DNA of 64,000 nt from Candidatus Undinarchaeota archaeon (GCA_964567575.1 CAZMMZ010000001.1:35800-99799); one strand, 5' to 3'; counted from the stretch's first letter, positions 28,020 through 37,796 are shown. Notes: generated from the letters alone by a model not told the origin. Numbers and translations are program-made.

Positions 28020-28910
28020 TTAAACATTTCCTACATAAACATTCTTCAACCCAGCTTCTTTTCCAATACGCTGCGCCTTCATCACAGTTTCAATTGGAGT
28101 TGCTGGAACATCCAGCATTTTATAATCAGGATGGAATCTTGAAAAATGCAAAGGAACATTTTTACCTAAACTCTTCACAAATTCAACAATATTTTTTATT
28201 TCCTCATCCGAATCATTATGCCCAGGAATCAACAATGCAGTGAGTTCCAAATGAATATCTAAATCCAAACAAGTTTGCGCCGTTTGTTTAACTGCTTCTA
28301 AACCACCAGAAAATTTGCAAACATCTTTGTAAAATTCATCAGTGTATGCTTTCAAATCAATATTCATTGCATCAAGATATTTTGAAATTTTCTTAAGAGG
28401 CGCGCGATTAATCAAACCATTTGAAACAAAACAATTAAACAAATCTTTTTTCTTTGCGAGCTTTGCAATTTCATAAGCATATTCATAAAAAATTGTTGGC
28501 TCAGTATAAGTGTATGCAATGCCTTCGCATTTATTTTCAATAGCAAGCTCCACAACTCGTTCTGGCTGATGTTGTTCAACAATTTCTTTCTCAGCACCGG
28601 CTTGAGAAATCTGCCAGTTCTGGCAATGTTCGCATGCAAGATTGCAGCCATAAGTTGCAATTGAAAAAACTTTACTTCCTGGGTGAAAATTGTAAAATGG
28701 TTTTTTCTCAATTGGATCTACAGCAAGACTGCAGGGTTTTCCAAAAACAAGTGAGTAAAGTTTGCCCTCTTCATTTTTCCTAACTTTACAAAACCCTTTA
28801 TTCCCATTAGAAATCACACAATTCCTAGCGCAAAGTTTACACTGAACTTTTTCTTCTTCCACTGGTTCCCAGAATTGCGCAGGATGCATGTTATTCTTTA
28901 TTCTCGGCAA
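28020..28910 (-). CDS. AmmeMemoRadiSam system radical SAM enzyme
   Basis: GCNLACEHCQNWQIS cluster motif, N-terminal CKLCARNC...GFCKVRKN, and overall family-typical layout. Confidence 0.8.
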   Translation of the reverse strand: MPRIKNNMHPAQFWEPVEEEKVQCKLCARNCVISNGNKGFCKVRKNEEGKLYSLVFGKPCSLAVDPIEKKPFYNFHPGSKVFSIATYGCNLACEHCQNWQISQAGAEKEIVEQHQPERVVELAIENKCEGIAYTYTEPTIFYEYAYEIAKLAKKKDLFNCFVSNGLINRAPLKKISKYLDAMNIDLKAYTDEFYKDVCKFSGGLEAVKQTAQTCLDLDIHLELTALLIPGHNDSDEEIKNIVEFVKSLGKNVPLHFSRFHPDYKMLDVPATPIETVMKAQRIGKEAGLKNVYVGNV

Positions 28911-28949
28911 GTATTTATAATTAAAGAACTAAAAAAATAATTAAGAAAA

Positions 28950-29486
28950 ATGAGCGAATTCAAAGAACTTTTCAAATTTATCAAAGAAAAAAACAAGAGG
29001 AAGAAAGAAAATAATGCCCTCAAAGAGCTTGAGGAAAAAAATGCTAAAATAAAGGAAAACATAACAGCCGATTTTTATAATCTATTCGAAGAAATTCAAG
29101 GTCTTAAAAAACAACATCTTAAAAAACTTTTTTATGGTGTGAATGAACCACTAACACACGCAAGAAAAAGACCATTTACTGTAGAATTTCAAGGAAAAGA
29201 GATTATTAAATTTACCACGGATGGTAATGGATTTAAACTTCGAATAAAATGGCTGCCACAAATATTTCTAGCGAATATTTCATTCAAAGGAAAGGCTACC
29301 ACGTCTGGTTTAATTTCTTTAATGGTAATCCGACATTTGAAAAAAGTTTTTGCAGAAGAGCAGGATAAAAAAGCAAAGAGCAAAAAGAAAAAGGCACGGA
29401 AAAAAGAGAAAGCGCCGCAAGTATATACTGGGCGGTATCAACAACCAGGACAAACCCCTGAAGGTCAGGATTGGTCTCGAGGATAA
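28950..29486 (+). CDS. hypothetical Lys-rich protein
   Basis: 178-aa ORF with a basic tail KKAKSKKKKARKKEK. Confidence 0.45.
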   Translation: MSEFKELFKFIKEKNKRKKENNALKELEEKNAKIKENITADFYNLFEEIQGLKKQHLKKLFYGVNEPLTHARKRPFTVEFQGKEIIKFTTDGNGFKLRIKWLPQIFLANISFKGKATTSGLISLMVIRHLKKVFAEEQDKKAKSKKKKARKKEKAPQVYTGRYQQPGQTPEGQDWSRG

Positions 29487-29490
29487 TTAG

Positions 29491-29563
29491 AGCCTCGGGA
29501 GAGATTTGAACTCCCGACCTTCGCTTTACGAGAGCGACGCTCTACGAACTGAGCTACCGAGGC
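29491..29563 (-). tRNA. tRNA-Thr (anticodon CGT), no encoded CCA
   Basis: Hand fold: acceptor GCCTCGG/CCGAGGC, D-arm GCTC...GAGC, anticodon stem TCGCT/AGCGA with loop CTCGTAA, T-arm GGGAG-TTCAAAT-CTCTC. Confidence 0.85.
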
Positions 29564-29598
29564 ATAATAAAATTCTATTTTCTCTAGTATAAATCTCT

Positions 29599-30054
29599 TT
29601 ACAACACCAAATTCAAAATTCCCAAACTCGCTAAACTTACTATAAGTCCAGCAATCAAAACTCCAACAGCAATTGCGCACATTGACTTCTTTTTATCCAT
29701 TGACAATAAGAACGCAGCAAGTGTTCCAGAATAAGCACCACTTCCTGGAAGTGGAATTGCAACAAAGAGCGCAAGACCGACATATCCATACTTGTCAACA
29801 TATTTCCCTGCTTTCTTGTCAATCTTCTCCAACCGTTTCTCAACCCACTTTCCAATTACAGGAATATCTCCTAATTTATCAAAAACAAAACTTAAAATCA
29901 AAAATAAAATTGGAATTAATATAATATTAGCAACTGTAGCTGAAACAAAAACCAAATAGGGGTTTAGCCCAGATGCTACACCAACTGGAATCGATCCTCT
30001 CAGTTCAATAAATGGTGCAACAGTTATTATGAGCATCCACAGGAAAGCATTCAT
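29599..30054 (-). CDS. small multidrug-export-like membrane protein (COG2426 family)
   Basis: 151 aa beginning APFIELRGSIPVGVASGLNP. Confidence 0.6.
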   Translation of the reverse strand: MNAFLWMLIITVAPFIELRGSIPVGVASGLNPYLVFVSATVANIILIPILFLILSFVFDKLGDIPVIGKWVEKRLEKIDKKAGKYVDKYGYVGLALFVAIPLPGSGAYSGTLAAFLLSMDKKKSMCAIAVGVLIAGLIVSLASLGILNLVL

Positions 30055-30059
30055 AGCAA

Positions 30060-30437
30060 ATGTTTAAAATCTCTAATATAAAACAATTGCCTATGCATAT
30101 TCAACTTAAATCACCACAAGCGCGCATCAATGCAAAAGTGGCGGTATCGGATTTTCAGAAAATTCGCGGGATGATGTTTAAATTAAAAGCAACTCCGATT
30201 TTTTTTGAATTCAAAAAAGAATCAATTTTTGACAGTGCAGTGCACATGTTCTTTGTTTTCCACACACTTGATCTTGTTTATCTTAATTCAAACTGGGAAG
30301 TTGTTGATATTCAACGAGCACTTCCATTCCTTCCTTATTACTCTCCCAAAAAACCAGCTAAATATCTTATTGAATTACCTGAAGGACAGGGCGAGCTATT
30401 CAAAATTGGCGATGAAATAGAATACGAATATTACTAA
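30060..30437 (+). CDS. DUF192 domain protein
   Basis: 125 aa. MFFVFHTLDLVYLNSNWEVVDI and YLIELPEG fit DUF192. Confidence 0.6.
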   Translation: MFKISNIKQLPMHIQLKSPQARINAKVAVSDFQKIRGMMFKLKATPIFFEFKKESIFDSAVHMFFVFHTLDLVYLNSNWEVVDIQRALPFLPYYSPKKPAKYLIELPEGQGELFKIGDEIEYEYY

Positions 30438-31223
30438 TTATTTCCAAGGTTCTGGCGCATTACTTTTCACATACGTTGGTTTCTTTTCTTTTGGTTCTTT
30501 TTTAATTTCAACTTTTTCACTTAAACTCTTGAATTCATTATTAAGCGTTTTCAATTCTCCTTGCAAACCTTGTATTGTATTTTTTAATTGCCCCATATCT
30601 CCAGAAAGTTTTAGTGCAGCAGGATCTGGTTTTGTTCCGAATTGTTTTATGTTCTGTTTAAGTTCTTCAAATTCTTTTTTCAAATCAGCACCTTTCTCTT
30701 TCTTTTTCTGAACTTTGAGAACGTCTTTCATTCTTCCGGTTTCTGGCATTTGAGCAACAAGATTGTGGAGTTGTTGCTTTGTATTATTAAGTTGGTCTTT
30801 CCATTTCAATGTGGTCTCTTCCTCTTCCTTTTCAAGATTGTTCATTGTGTTTAGAGTCTCATCCATTCCTTTCAAAGATTCTGTTAGGTTTTTTAATTCA
30901 CGAACAATTTTGTCGTATTCTTTGACTTTCATAAAGAGTGGCAATTTAGCAACATCTTCTGTTGATAGTGCAGGTTTCTCCATTTTAGTTTCTGGTTTCT
31001 TCATTGGTTTTGGAGCAACTGGGGGTTTAGGTGCAGCTGGTGGTTTTGGGGCAGTAGGTATTCCCTTCTTTGGCATTGGTGGAAGTTTTGGCAAGGGCTT
31101 TGGAGCTGGTGCCATCTTTTTTGTTGGAGCATCTTGGCTACCAACTTCTTTTTCAATTTCAGCGAGAAGATCGTCTGAAAGGTCTTTATCTTTCTTTTTA
31201 CCGAATAGTCCCATTTTAATCAC
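30438..31223 (-). CDS. Pro/Lys-rich plus coiled-coil protein
   Basis: 261 aa with a PKPxP repeats region followed by heptad-like charged sequence. Confidence 0.5.
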   Translation of the reverse strand: MIKMGLFGKKKDKDLSDDLLAEIEKEVGSQDAPTKKMAPAPKPLPKLPPMPKKGIPTAPKPPAAPKPPVAPKPMKKPETKMEKPALSTEDVAKLPLFMKVKEYDKIVRELKNLTESLKGMDETLNTMNNLEKEEEETTLKWKDQLNNTKQQLHNLVAQMPETGRMKDVLKVQKKKEKGADLKKEFEELKQNIKQFGTKPDPAALKLSGDMGQLKNTIQGLQGELKTLNNEFKSLSEKVEIKKEPKEKKPTYVKSNAPEPWK

Positions 31224-31250
31224 CTATAAAACAACATACTTGTTTTGGGC

Positions 31251-33443
31251 TTATAAATCTTCGCCAGTGCTTTCTTTCCTATAGTTCTCAGAAATAACTT
31301 TTCTAACTGCTTTTGCTTTTTTCTCACCCATTTTATCAACTTTCATAAGATCCACTTCATCAGCAGTTACAATTTTCTCAACAGTTCCAAAATGTTCTAG
31401 TAATTGCTTTGCCATTTTTGGACCAACAGATGGAAGAGATTCAATTATGAATTGCTGTTGTTCTTTCATTAGCACTGGTTTTTTCTCACTTCTTAATCGA
31501 ACTGCCTGATTTTTGTCAAACTGTTCCCGCGATGCAAGAACTTTCAAAAACGCTGCAGTTTCTTTAACATCTTTTGTATGGATCATCGGCACATTATAAT
31601 CAACAGCAAGCGATGCAAGCGCGCCACGAATTGCATTTGGGTGAATATTTCTTTTTCCATGAAGGTCATCCCCTTCAACAATAATTATTGGCCGCTCAAA
31701 AACTCTTGAAATTGATGCAGCTTGTTTCATTAATCTTCCATCAATTAACGATTGAAGAAAATCATCTACTTTCTTTCGTTCGACTCCAACACGTTCCGAG
31801 ACTTGAAAGTCTGCAACATTCAATGCTTTAATTTTGACATCCATTCCAATATTCGAAAGCTCTTTCAAAATCCCAGAACTGGATTCTCGAGAATCTGCAA
31901 AAATCGTAGGAACCTTCTCTTCAGGTTTTGAAAATCGTTCCAAGGTTCTCTGAATTTTTGTTTCTGTTTTGAAAGTTTTGAGAACATTGTGCATACTTTT
32001 TTCTTTTCTTTTCGCTGCCCAATAATATGCTTCATCGCGAGTATTTTTTGTTATTAACATTGACACTTTACCCGGTCGGTGCCTTGCGGTTCTTCCTGCG
32101 CGCTGAATGCTTCGAATTGCTGACGGCACAGATTCGTAAAATATAATATGATCAACAGATGGGATATCTAATCCCTCTTCTCCAACAGAAGTTGCAACAA
32201 GAACATTATATTTTCCTTCTCTAAATCCTTCCAACCGTTTCACTTGTTCTTTTTGATTAATTCCTTTCCCTGCAATCCCTTCTGCTTGTCCAATTAATTT
32301 CACTGCGCTGATTTCTTTTTCTTTTAATACTGTCATCAAGTTTTCAACAGATGCGCGGTAATGTGCAAAAATAATTGTTTTCTCATTCTTATTCAAAATC
32401 TCAAACAACTTGTCAAGTTTTGGGTGCTCAATATTATTTTTCTTCAAAAGTCCAGCTAATCTAATAGCTTCTTTGAAATTTGGATTAGATAACAAATTTT
32501 TTGCAGCTTTTGTATTATCTTTTTCCAGTTTGTCAAAATAAATCGTTAAAGGAGTTATTCCTTGAGTTTCAACAAGTTCTTGCGCGTGTGAAAGTTTCAT
32601 TACTGCTGCAAGTGCAGATAAGTATGGATAAAGATCTGGATTTTGTGCAGCAGTTGATCCTAACTTCCCTTGCAACATTAAAATATCTCGTTTCCTCACA
32701 GCTGATGGTGCTGAGCTTTGAATAATATTCCCTTTCTTCAAATACGTGAGGTGGCTCTTCATAGCGGTTTCAATATATGATTTTATTTTCTTGAAATCAG
32801 GTGGGAGTTCAACTTCAACTGTAGTAAATTCACGATGTTTAACATATTGCTTAACATCTACATCATTTCGATCCCGCGCTTCAACTTTTTCAATATACAA
32901 CGCATTGCAAACTTCTTCAATCTTACTCCGTGTTGTTCCTGGTGAAGCAGTTAATGCAAGAATTCTTGGGTTTGTTGCCATTTCCACATACTTCTTTGCA
33001 ATAAAGGGATATGGATATTCTCCAACTGCGCGGTGCGCCTCATCAAAAATCACAAGAGCAAAATCATCAAGAGCAAGTTTCTTTGTAATTAAATCATTTT
33101 GAATTACTTGCGGTGTTGCGAAAATGAAATCAGCATCTTTGTATTCTCCTTCTCTTTTATTTGCAAGAAGCTGGCCGGTGAAAACTTTGAAATTGTCATC
33201 ACTTAAATTAAAAGTCTCTTTCCAAGTTTTGCAATGTTGTTCAACAAGCGGTCTGGTTGGAGCCATGAAAAGAATTTTCCCTTTATGTGTATTTGCGCGG
33301 TGAGCTGCAAGCATTGCTGCGATATGTGTTTTCCCAAGACCAGTTGGTAGAACAACTAAAGTATTGGATTTAGTAGCAGTATTAAAAATTGCTTCCTGAT
33401 ATAAACGTGGCGTTATCTCGCCATTTAGCAACCCATTCTCCAT
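31251..33443 (-). CDS. hef: Hef helicase/nuclease (FANCM/XPF family)
   Basis: Helicase motifs PTGLGKT, FDEAH, TASPG and RAGRTAR. C-terminal ERCC4 nuclease (ADSRE, GVERKKVDDF) and an HhH2 tail. Confidence 0.85.
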   Translation of the reverse strand: MENGLLNGEITPRLYQEAIFNTATKSNTLVVLPTGLGKTHIAAMLAAHRANTHKGKILFMAPTRPLVEQHCKTWKETFNLSDDNFKVFTGQLLANKREGEYKDADFIFATPQVIQNDLITKKLALDDFALVIFDEAHRAVGEYPYPFIAKKYVEMATNPRILALTASPGTTRSKIEEVCNALYIEKVEARDRNDVDVKQYVKHREFTTVEVELPPDFKKIKSYIETAMKSHLTYLKKGNIIQSSAPSAVRKRDILMLQGKLGSTAAQNPDLYPYLSALAAVMKLSHAQELVETQGITPLTIYFDKLEKDNTKAAKNLLSNPNFKEAIRLAGLLKKNNIEHPKLDKLFEILNKNEKTIIFAHYRASVENLMTVLKEKEISAVKLIGQAEGIAGKGINQKEQVKRLEGFREGKYNVLVATSVGEEGLDIPSVDHIIFYESVPSAIRSIQRAGRTARHRPGKVSMLITKNTRDEAYYWAAKRKEKSMHNVLKTFKTETKIQRTLERFSKPEEKVPTIFADSRESSSGILKELSNIGMDVKIKALNVADFQVSERVGVERKKVDDFLQSLIDGRLMKQAASISRVFERPIIIVEGDDLHGKRNIHPNAIRGALASLAVDYNVPMIHTKDVKETAAFLKVLASREQFDKNQAVRLRSEKKPVLMKEQQQFIIESLPSVGPKMAKQLLEHFGTVEKIVTADEVDLMKVDKMGEKKAKAVRKVISENYRKESTGEDL

Positions 33444-33521
33444 GAACTCTCTTTGAATTGGCTAGCATATATTATTATCCCAACTCGCAAAAGGTTTTAA
33501 CTGACAATACAAAGCAGTTGT

Positions 33522-33779
33522 ATGGCGCGAAAGCTCACTAAAGAGAATCTAAAGAAAGTAAAAAAGAAAGCTGATAAGATCCGCAAGAGCAAACAGGTTT
33601 CTTCTTGGGTTGATGCATTTTCAAATAACATCCTTCCTCCTGTTATTTTTCTTTTTATTGCAACAGTTGCACTTCATTATCTAACTTTAGTAAATAGCAC
33701 ACTTCTCAAAGTGAACCTCGGCGTGATTTCATTTGTTTCTGCAGCGCTTTCTCTCTATATAATAACCCTCATGCTCTAA
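33522..33779 (+). CDS. small membrane protein
   Basis: 85 aa with a basic N-terminus and 2 TM segments. Confidence 0.4.
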   Translation: MARKLTKENLKKVKKKADKIRKSKQVSSWVDAFSNNILPPVIFLFIATVALHYLTLVNSTLLKVNLGVISFVSAALSLYIITLML

Positions 33780-33816
33780 CCGCAAATCTTTATAAACACC
33801 TTGTTCATTATCAGTT

Positions 33817-34290
33817 ATGGGTATAAAGTCAATTTTCAAGAAAATAACTGGAGGGGTTAAAGAATCCATCACCGGTGAAGCTAGTTCTGAGGATGAATTT
33901 GGTTTGTCTGAATTTGAAGACACACCAACAGAAACTCCAACTGAAGAACCATCAGCTGATATGCCAGAATTAGCCCCTGAGCTTCGCGACGAAGAACCAG
34001 AAACTATTACAGCTGAGCCTGAGCCAGAACCTGAAGCAGAGCCACAACCAGAACCGGAATTACTTGAATCCGCACCACCAGATGATCAAAAAGTTCTTGA
34101 TGCAATTGATAATCTCAAACTCAAAATGGATGTTGTCACAGCCAAATTCGATTCTCTTGAAGCAAAGACCGCATATCAACGATCAGAAACAGAGCGGTAT
34201 ATGCAACAAATGAGTTATTTGAATGAGAAGCTTGATCACATTCAAGAAGAGCAAATGGAAATTGAACGTTTACTAAAATCAAAACAATGA
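33817..34290 (+). CDS. acidic low-complexity plus coiled-coil protein
   Basis: 157 aa with EPEPEPEAEPQPEPE tracts and a C-terminal coiled coil. Its stop overlaps the next start (ATGA). Confidence 0.5.
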   Translation: MGIKSIFKKITGGVKESITGEASSEDEFGLSEFEDTPTETPTEEPSADMPELAPELRDEEPETITAEPEPEPEAEPQPEPELLESAPPDDQKVLDAIDNLKLKMDVVTAKFDSLEAKTAYQRSETERYMQQMSYLNEKLDHIQEEQMEIERLLKSKQ

Positions 34291-34904
34291 CGCCAAAATC
34301 AAAGAACACAGGGAAGAACATATTTCTTCATCACGAGACTGCGGTTATTGTCGGAGTGCTTGCTGCTGCTTTGATTGTTACAATATCTCTTTTCCTTTTT
34401 CTTTGGAGTTTCCTTCAAGTTGGATTTGTTTGGCTCATTTGTTTCTTCATATTCTTCATGATTAGGAAAACAAACGTATGGAAATTTGCAATTGAGATTC
34501 ACTTTTTTATGATTTTTATAACAACGTATGTGTTTGGGTGGTTCTTTTCTGTTTCTCTATTCTTAGTCACACTTTTCGTAGTTGTTAAATTCTTCAGACC
34601 TGATGAAATGCAGGGAGCGTTAATTAATGTATTCTGTCTTTCTATTGTAACTCTTTGCTCTGCCTGGGCTGCATCCTATTTCGGGGTCGGAATCGCCACG
34701 TCCACATTTATCTGGGTTGGCACTGTAATTGTTGGTCTTGGAATTCTCCTTGATTACATTATAATTATGAAGATGTTGCCATTCATGTGGTTGAAACACA
34801 CAATGATGCACATCCTTGAAATCTTTTTACAATATTATTTTATCTCGTCATTCGGAGTAAAAATTCTCAAATTCTTATTCAGTGTAAAATCTGCAGCGCC
34901 ATAG
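34287..34904 (+). CDS. membrane protein, paralog A of a tandem pair
   Basis: 205 aa. Shares KNIFLHHET, RKT..WK..IE and VVKFFRPDE motifs with the next gene. Confidence 0.6.
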   Translation: MTPKSKNTGKNIFLHHETAVIVGVLAAALIVTISLFLFLWSFLQVGFVWLICFFIFFMIRKTNVWKFAIEIHFFMIFITTYVFGWFFSVSLFLVTLFVVVKFFRPDEMQGALINVFCLSIVTLCSAWAASYFGVGIATSTFIWVGTVIVGLGILLDYIIIMKMLPFMWLKHTMMHILEIFLQYYFISSFGVKILKFLFSVKSAAP

Positions 34905-34941
34905 AAATCTATATTAATACCTACCAACATTAACAATTTAA

Positions 34942-35562
34942 GTGAACGAAACGCAGGCAGGTTCACTTGCCAAAACCAAAGGGCAGAAAAACATTTTTCT
35001 GCACCACGAAACGATTCTTATTATAGGGATAATTCTAGCGGCCATCATTGTTATCTCATTTCTCTTTTCTTTTCTCTGGACGTCTTTTAAATTCGGATTC
35101 GCGATTTTAATGGGATGGCTTTTAATTGTTATCACAAGAAAAACAGATTCTTGGAAAATGGGTATTGAATGTTACTACATCCTCACGTTCTTATTTGCAT
35201 TTGCATTTGGTCCTTGGCTTGCGTTTTTCCTAACCGGCACAGCATTGGCATTTGTTGTTAAAGTCTTCAGGCCAGATGAAGTGCATGGGGCCATAACTCA
35301 AATGGTTGGTTGCACTGGAATTGCATTTACAACCAAAATCTTCGTGAACATGTACAGTATGGATATCACAAAACCACAACTCCTTATTGCAGGAATGATT
35401 TTGTTTGTTGTTTGGGATGTGGCGCGTTTCCTTGTTGCACTTAAAGTTTCACCAGCGCACTGGGTCAAATTAGTTGCATCTTTCATTACCGGAGTCTTTG
35501 TGAATTACTTCTACTACAGCACATTCGCATTTGTTTTATTGAAGTTCCTTCTTTCAATTTAG
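34942..35562 (+). CDS. membrane protein, paralog B of a tandem pair
   Basis: 206 aa with a GTG start. Shares the same motif order (KNIFLHHET, RKTDSWKMGIE, VVKVFRPDE). Confidence 0.6.
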   Translation: MNETQAGSLAKTKGQKNIFLHHETILIIGIILAAIIVISFLFSFLWTSFKFGFAILMGWLLIVITRKTDSWKMGIECYYILTFLFAFAFGPWLAFFLTGTALAFVVKVFRPDEVHGAITQMVGCTGIAFTTKIFVNMYSMDITKPQLLIAGMILFVVWDVARFLVALKVSPAHWVKLVASFITGVFVNYFYYSTFAFVLLKFLLSI

Positions 35563-35608
35563 GGTTAAGTTTTTAACCTAAGTTTCTTTATCGCTAGTGG
35601 GGAGAAAC

Positions 35609-36421
35609 ATGAAAAAAATATTAATTATTTTATTGATACTTCTTTTAGCAGTGCCTATTTGCATTTCTGCAGGACAACGAATTGTTGTTACTGCGAATTC
35701 AATTGATTATGAACACGCAGCGGATTTTATTGATTCGCTTGATAAAAAAGGTCGGCCAGTTCTGCGCATAACTGCGCAAGAACTTGACGCGCACAATCAG
35801 GAAAAATTTATTATAATTCTTGGCGGGCCGGATGCTCCTGAGGGAATTGGAATTCAGGTTCAAGAACTTTTATCTGAGAAGGACATGGAATTTTTGCGAG
35901 AGAAACGCGGCAATAAGAAAATGTTTGTTAAAACCAACATCTGGCGCAAGGGTCAAGTTGTTATGATCTTTGCTGGAAATAATCGAAACGATACTAAAAA
36001 ATCTGCAAAGGACAATGAACCAAAAGTTCATGAAGAAGCAACAGAGGAGCGTGTAGAACAGCTTGCAGAAAATACAGCAAATGTCGAATTCAATATTGAA
36101 GATTTTAATTATTCTATTAACAAATCAAGTGGCTATTGGTTCTTCCACTGGGTAGAATATTCAATGTCCAATAAAGATACTGCAACAATCAACCCAATGC
36201 TTGATGTTGAACTCCTAAGAAAAGATGGCCAATACAAACAATATTTCATTAACACTGATGTGACTAATTTCGAGGAAGAATTTAAACCAAATAGCAATTG
36301 GTTCGATACTTATTCTGAAGAAGTTAAACTTGATCCTGGGAAATACAAATTAATTGTTCGGCTTCGAGATGGTGCTGACTCAACTGTGATTAAACAAGAT
36401 ATGGAAGAGTTTCAGATTTAA
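35609..36421 (+). CDS. secreted/extracytoplasmic protein with a signal peptide
   Basis: MKKILIILLILLLAVPICISAG leader. ATG at 35609 is preferred over the GTG at 35597. Confidence 0.55.
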   Translation: MKKILIILLILLLAVPICISAGQRIVVTANSIDYEHAADFIDSLDKKGRPVLRITAQELDAHNQEKFIIILGGPDAPEGIGIQVQELLSEKDMEFLREKRGNKKMFVKTNIWRKGQVVMIFAGNNRNDTKKSAKDNEPKVHEEATEERVEQLAENTANVEFNIEDFNYSINKSSGYWFFHWVEYSMSNKDTATINPMLDVELLRKDGQYKQYFINTDVTNFEEEFKPNSNWFDTYSEEVKLDPGKYKLIVRLRDGADSTVIKQDMEEFQI

Positions 36422-37023
36422 ATAAAACTACTTCCCCAAACCAAACCAGCTAAAGCAATAGCAAGCGCCACGCCCCAAAACATTCTATTCCACATTAAAA
36501 CTTTCTTTCCATCAAGTGGACCAAAAGGAATCAAATTTAAAACAGCAAGGAATGAATTCACATAAACTCCTGTTGAAGCAATATATGAAACGAAACTACT
36601 TGTTGCCATAATTGAAATTATTCCAAATACTGCAATTAATCCAAGATTTACAAGCGGTCCAGCAAAACCAATTTTTCCAGTATCTGAAATGCTGCTATGC
36701 TGTCTGTGCAGTCCACCAAAGTAAACAGCTCCAGGAGCAATGAAAAGAAACTTGGTGCCGAACATTGTTGTTACCACCGCCATTGCTAATGCAATCAGTA
36801 AACCCTTTTTCCACATTCGATACTCAGCATGATAACCATATTTCTGCGCAGCGAATTTGTGCCCAAGTTCATGAAGTGCAAACGCTGGCGCGAGAATTAT
36901 GAAAGCTGGAATAAGCATTATCAGGGTTGTTGCAAATTCTTTATGCCAAGCAATAGCAAGAGTCATAACTCCAATAGAAATTGTTAATTCTTTTAATTCA
37001 ATTTTCGAAAATCTTGCTTTCAC
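36418..37023 (-). CDS. M50 family (site-2 protease-like) metalloprotease
   Basis: HELGHKFAAQ HExxH within a polytopic ORF, with downstream LNLIPFGPLDG. Confidence 0.75.
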   Translation of the reverse strand: MKARFSKIELKELTISIGVMTLAIAWHKEFATTLIMLIPAFIILAPAFALHELGHKFAAQKYGYHAEYRMWKKGLLIALAMAVVTTMFGTKFLFIAPGAVYFGGLHRQHSSISDTGKIGFAGPLVNLGLIAVFGIISIMATSSFVSYIASTGVYVNSFLAVLNLIPFGPLDGKKVLMWNRMFWGVALAIALAGLVWGSSFI

Positions 37024-37046
37024 GAGTTTTGTGTTACTTCAGTGGT

Positions 37047-37232
37047 CTATAAACTTTTCACTTCAATAGATTTTCCAATAATTAGTTCAGCAGCGCGTAC
37101 CACCGAGCCGCCTGGGCCAATAGCCCTGCCGATCTTTTCCTTGTTCACATAAACAACGATTTTATCATCGGCGTGTTCCATCTTTTCAACAACAACGTCT
37201 AGCATTCTTTCAAGATCTTTGGTCTCTACCAT
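37047..37232 (-). CDS. KH domain RNA-binding protein
   Basis: 61 aa with a GRAIGPGGSVVRAAELIIGK GxxG-type loop. Confidence 0.6.
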   Translation of the reverse strand: MVETKDLERMLDVVVEKMEHADDKIVVYVNKEKIGRAIGPGGSVVRAAELIIGKSIEVKSL

Positions 37233-37338
37233 AAAATGTCACCAAATGGACATATGTAATGCCTATTTAAATGCTTTCGCAACACCACAAAAATATATAA
37301 ACAAGGACGAAGAACAGTTAACACTCGAGGGGAGAACA

Positions 37339-37686
37339 ATGGCAGTTTGTAATTTAACAGAACTAATTGGAAAAGACGTCTTCACACGCAACGCAAAGTT
37401 CGTTGGTAAGATAGACGACACTATGATCGACACTGAGAAGGGAAATCTTTACGGTGTAGCGGTTGGGCTTACTAAAGATAGTTTTCTTTCTAAAGCTCTT
37501 ACTAATCCTGATGCAGGACTCCGCAAAACTATTTTAATCCCTTACAAAGAGATTATTTCTTGCGAGGATATTGTACTTGTTACAGTTCCAAAGCAGTATG
37601 AGCGCGCACAAGAAGAAGTTCCAGAACAACATAATGAAGAAATGGACGAAGTTCTTATGCCCGGCATGTCAGAAGAAAGTATGTAA
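37339..37686 (+). CDS. PRC-barrel domain protein
   Basis: LIGKDVFTRNAKFVGKIDDTMIDTEKGNLYGVAV. ATG at 37339 preceded by gaggggaga. The upstream part of the track ORF overlaps the KH gene. Confidence 0.55.
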   Translation: MAVCNLTELIGKDVFTRNAKFVGKIDDTMIDTEKGNLYGVAVGLTKDSFLSKALTNPDAGLRKTILIPYKEIISCEDIVLVTVPKQYERAQEEVPEQHNEEMDEVLMPGMSEESM

Positions 37687-37712
37687 GGTTCGATTTGTGT
37701 TTTGTATTTTAA

Positions 37713-37738
37713 GTTAGACTTAAGTCTAGCTCTTTTTT
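37713..37738 (+). terminator. hairpin plus T-run downstream of the PRC-barrel gene
   Basis: GTTAGACTTAAGTCTAGC palindrome followed by ctttttt. Confidence 0.3.
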
Positions 37739-37755
37739 AATTTTGTAAAAGTAGT

Positions 37756-37784
37756 AAGCAGCGGCATTTTACTGCCGTCTGCTT
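37756..37784 (-). terminator. hairpin downstream of the 37797-38201 gene
   Basis: AAGCAG-c-GGCA ttttac TGCC-gt-CTGCTT inverted repeat in the convergent intergenic gap. Confidence 0.25.
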
Positions 37785-37796
37785 TAATTAGTTTAT

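Noticed and set aside
29465-29680. 71-aa ORF overlapping tRNA-Thr
   Set aside because: It is a translation of the tRNA antisense/sense region and is not credible coding sequence.
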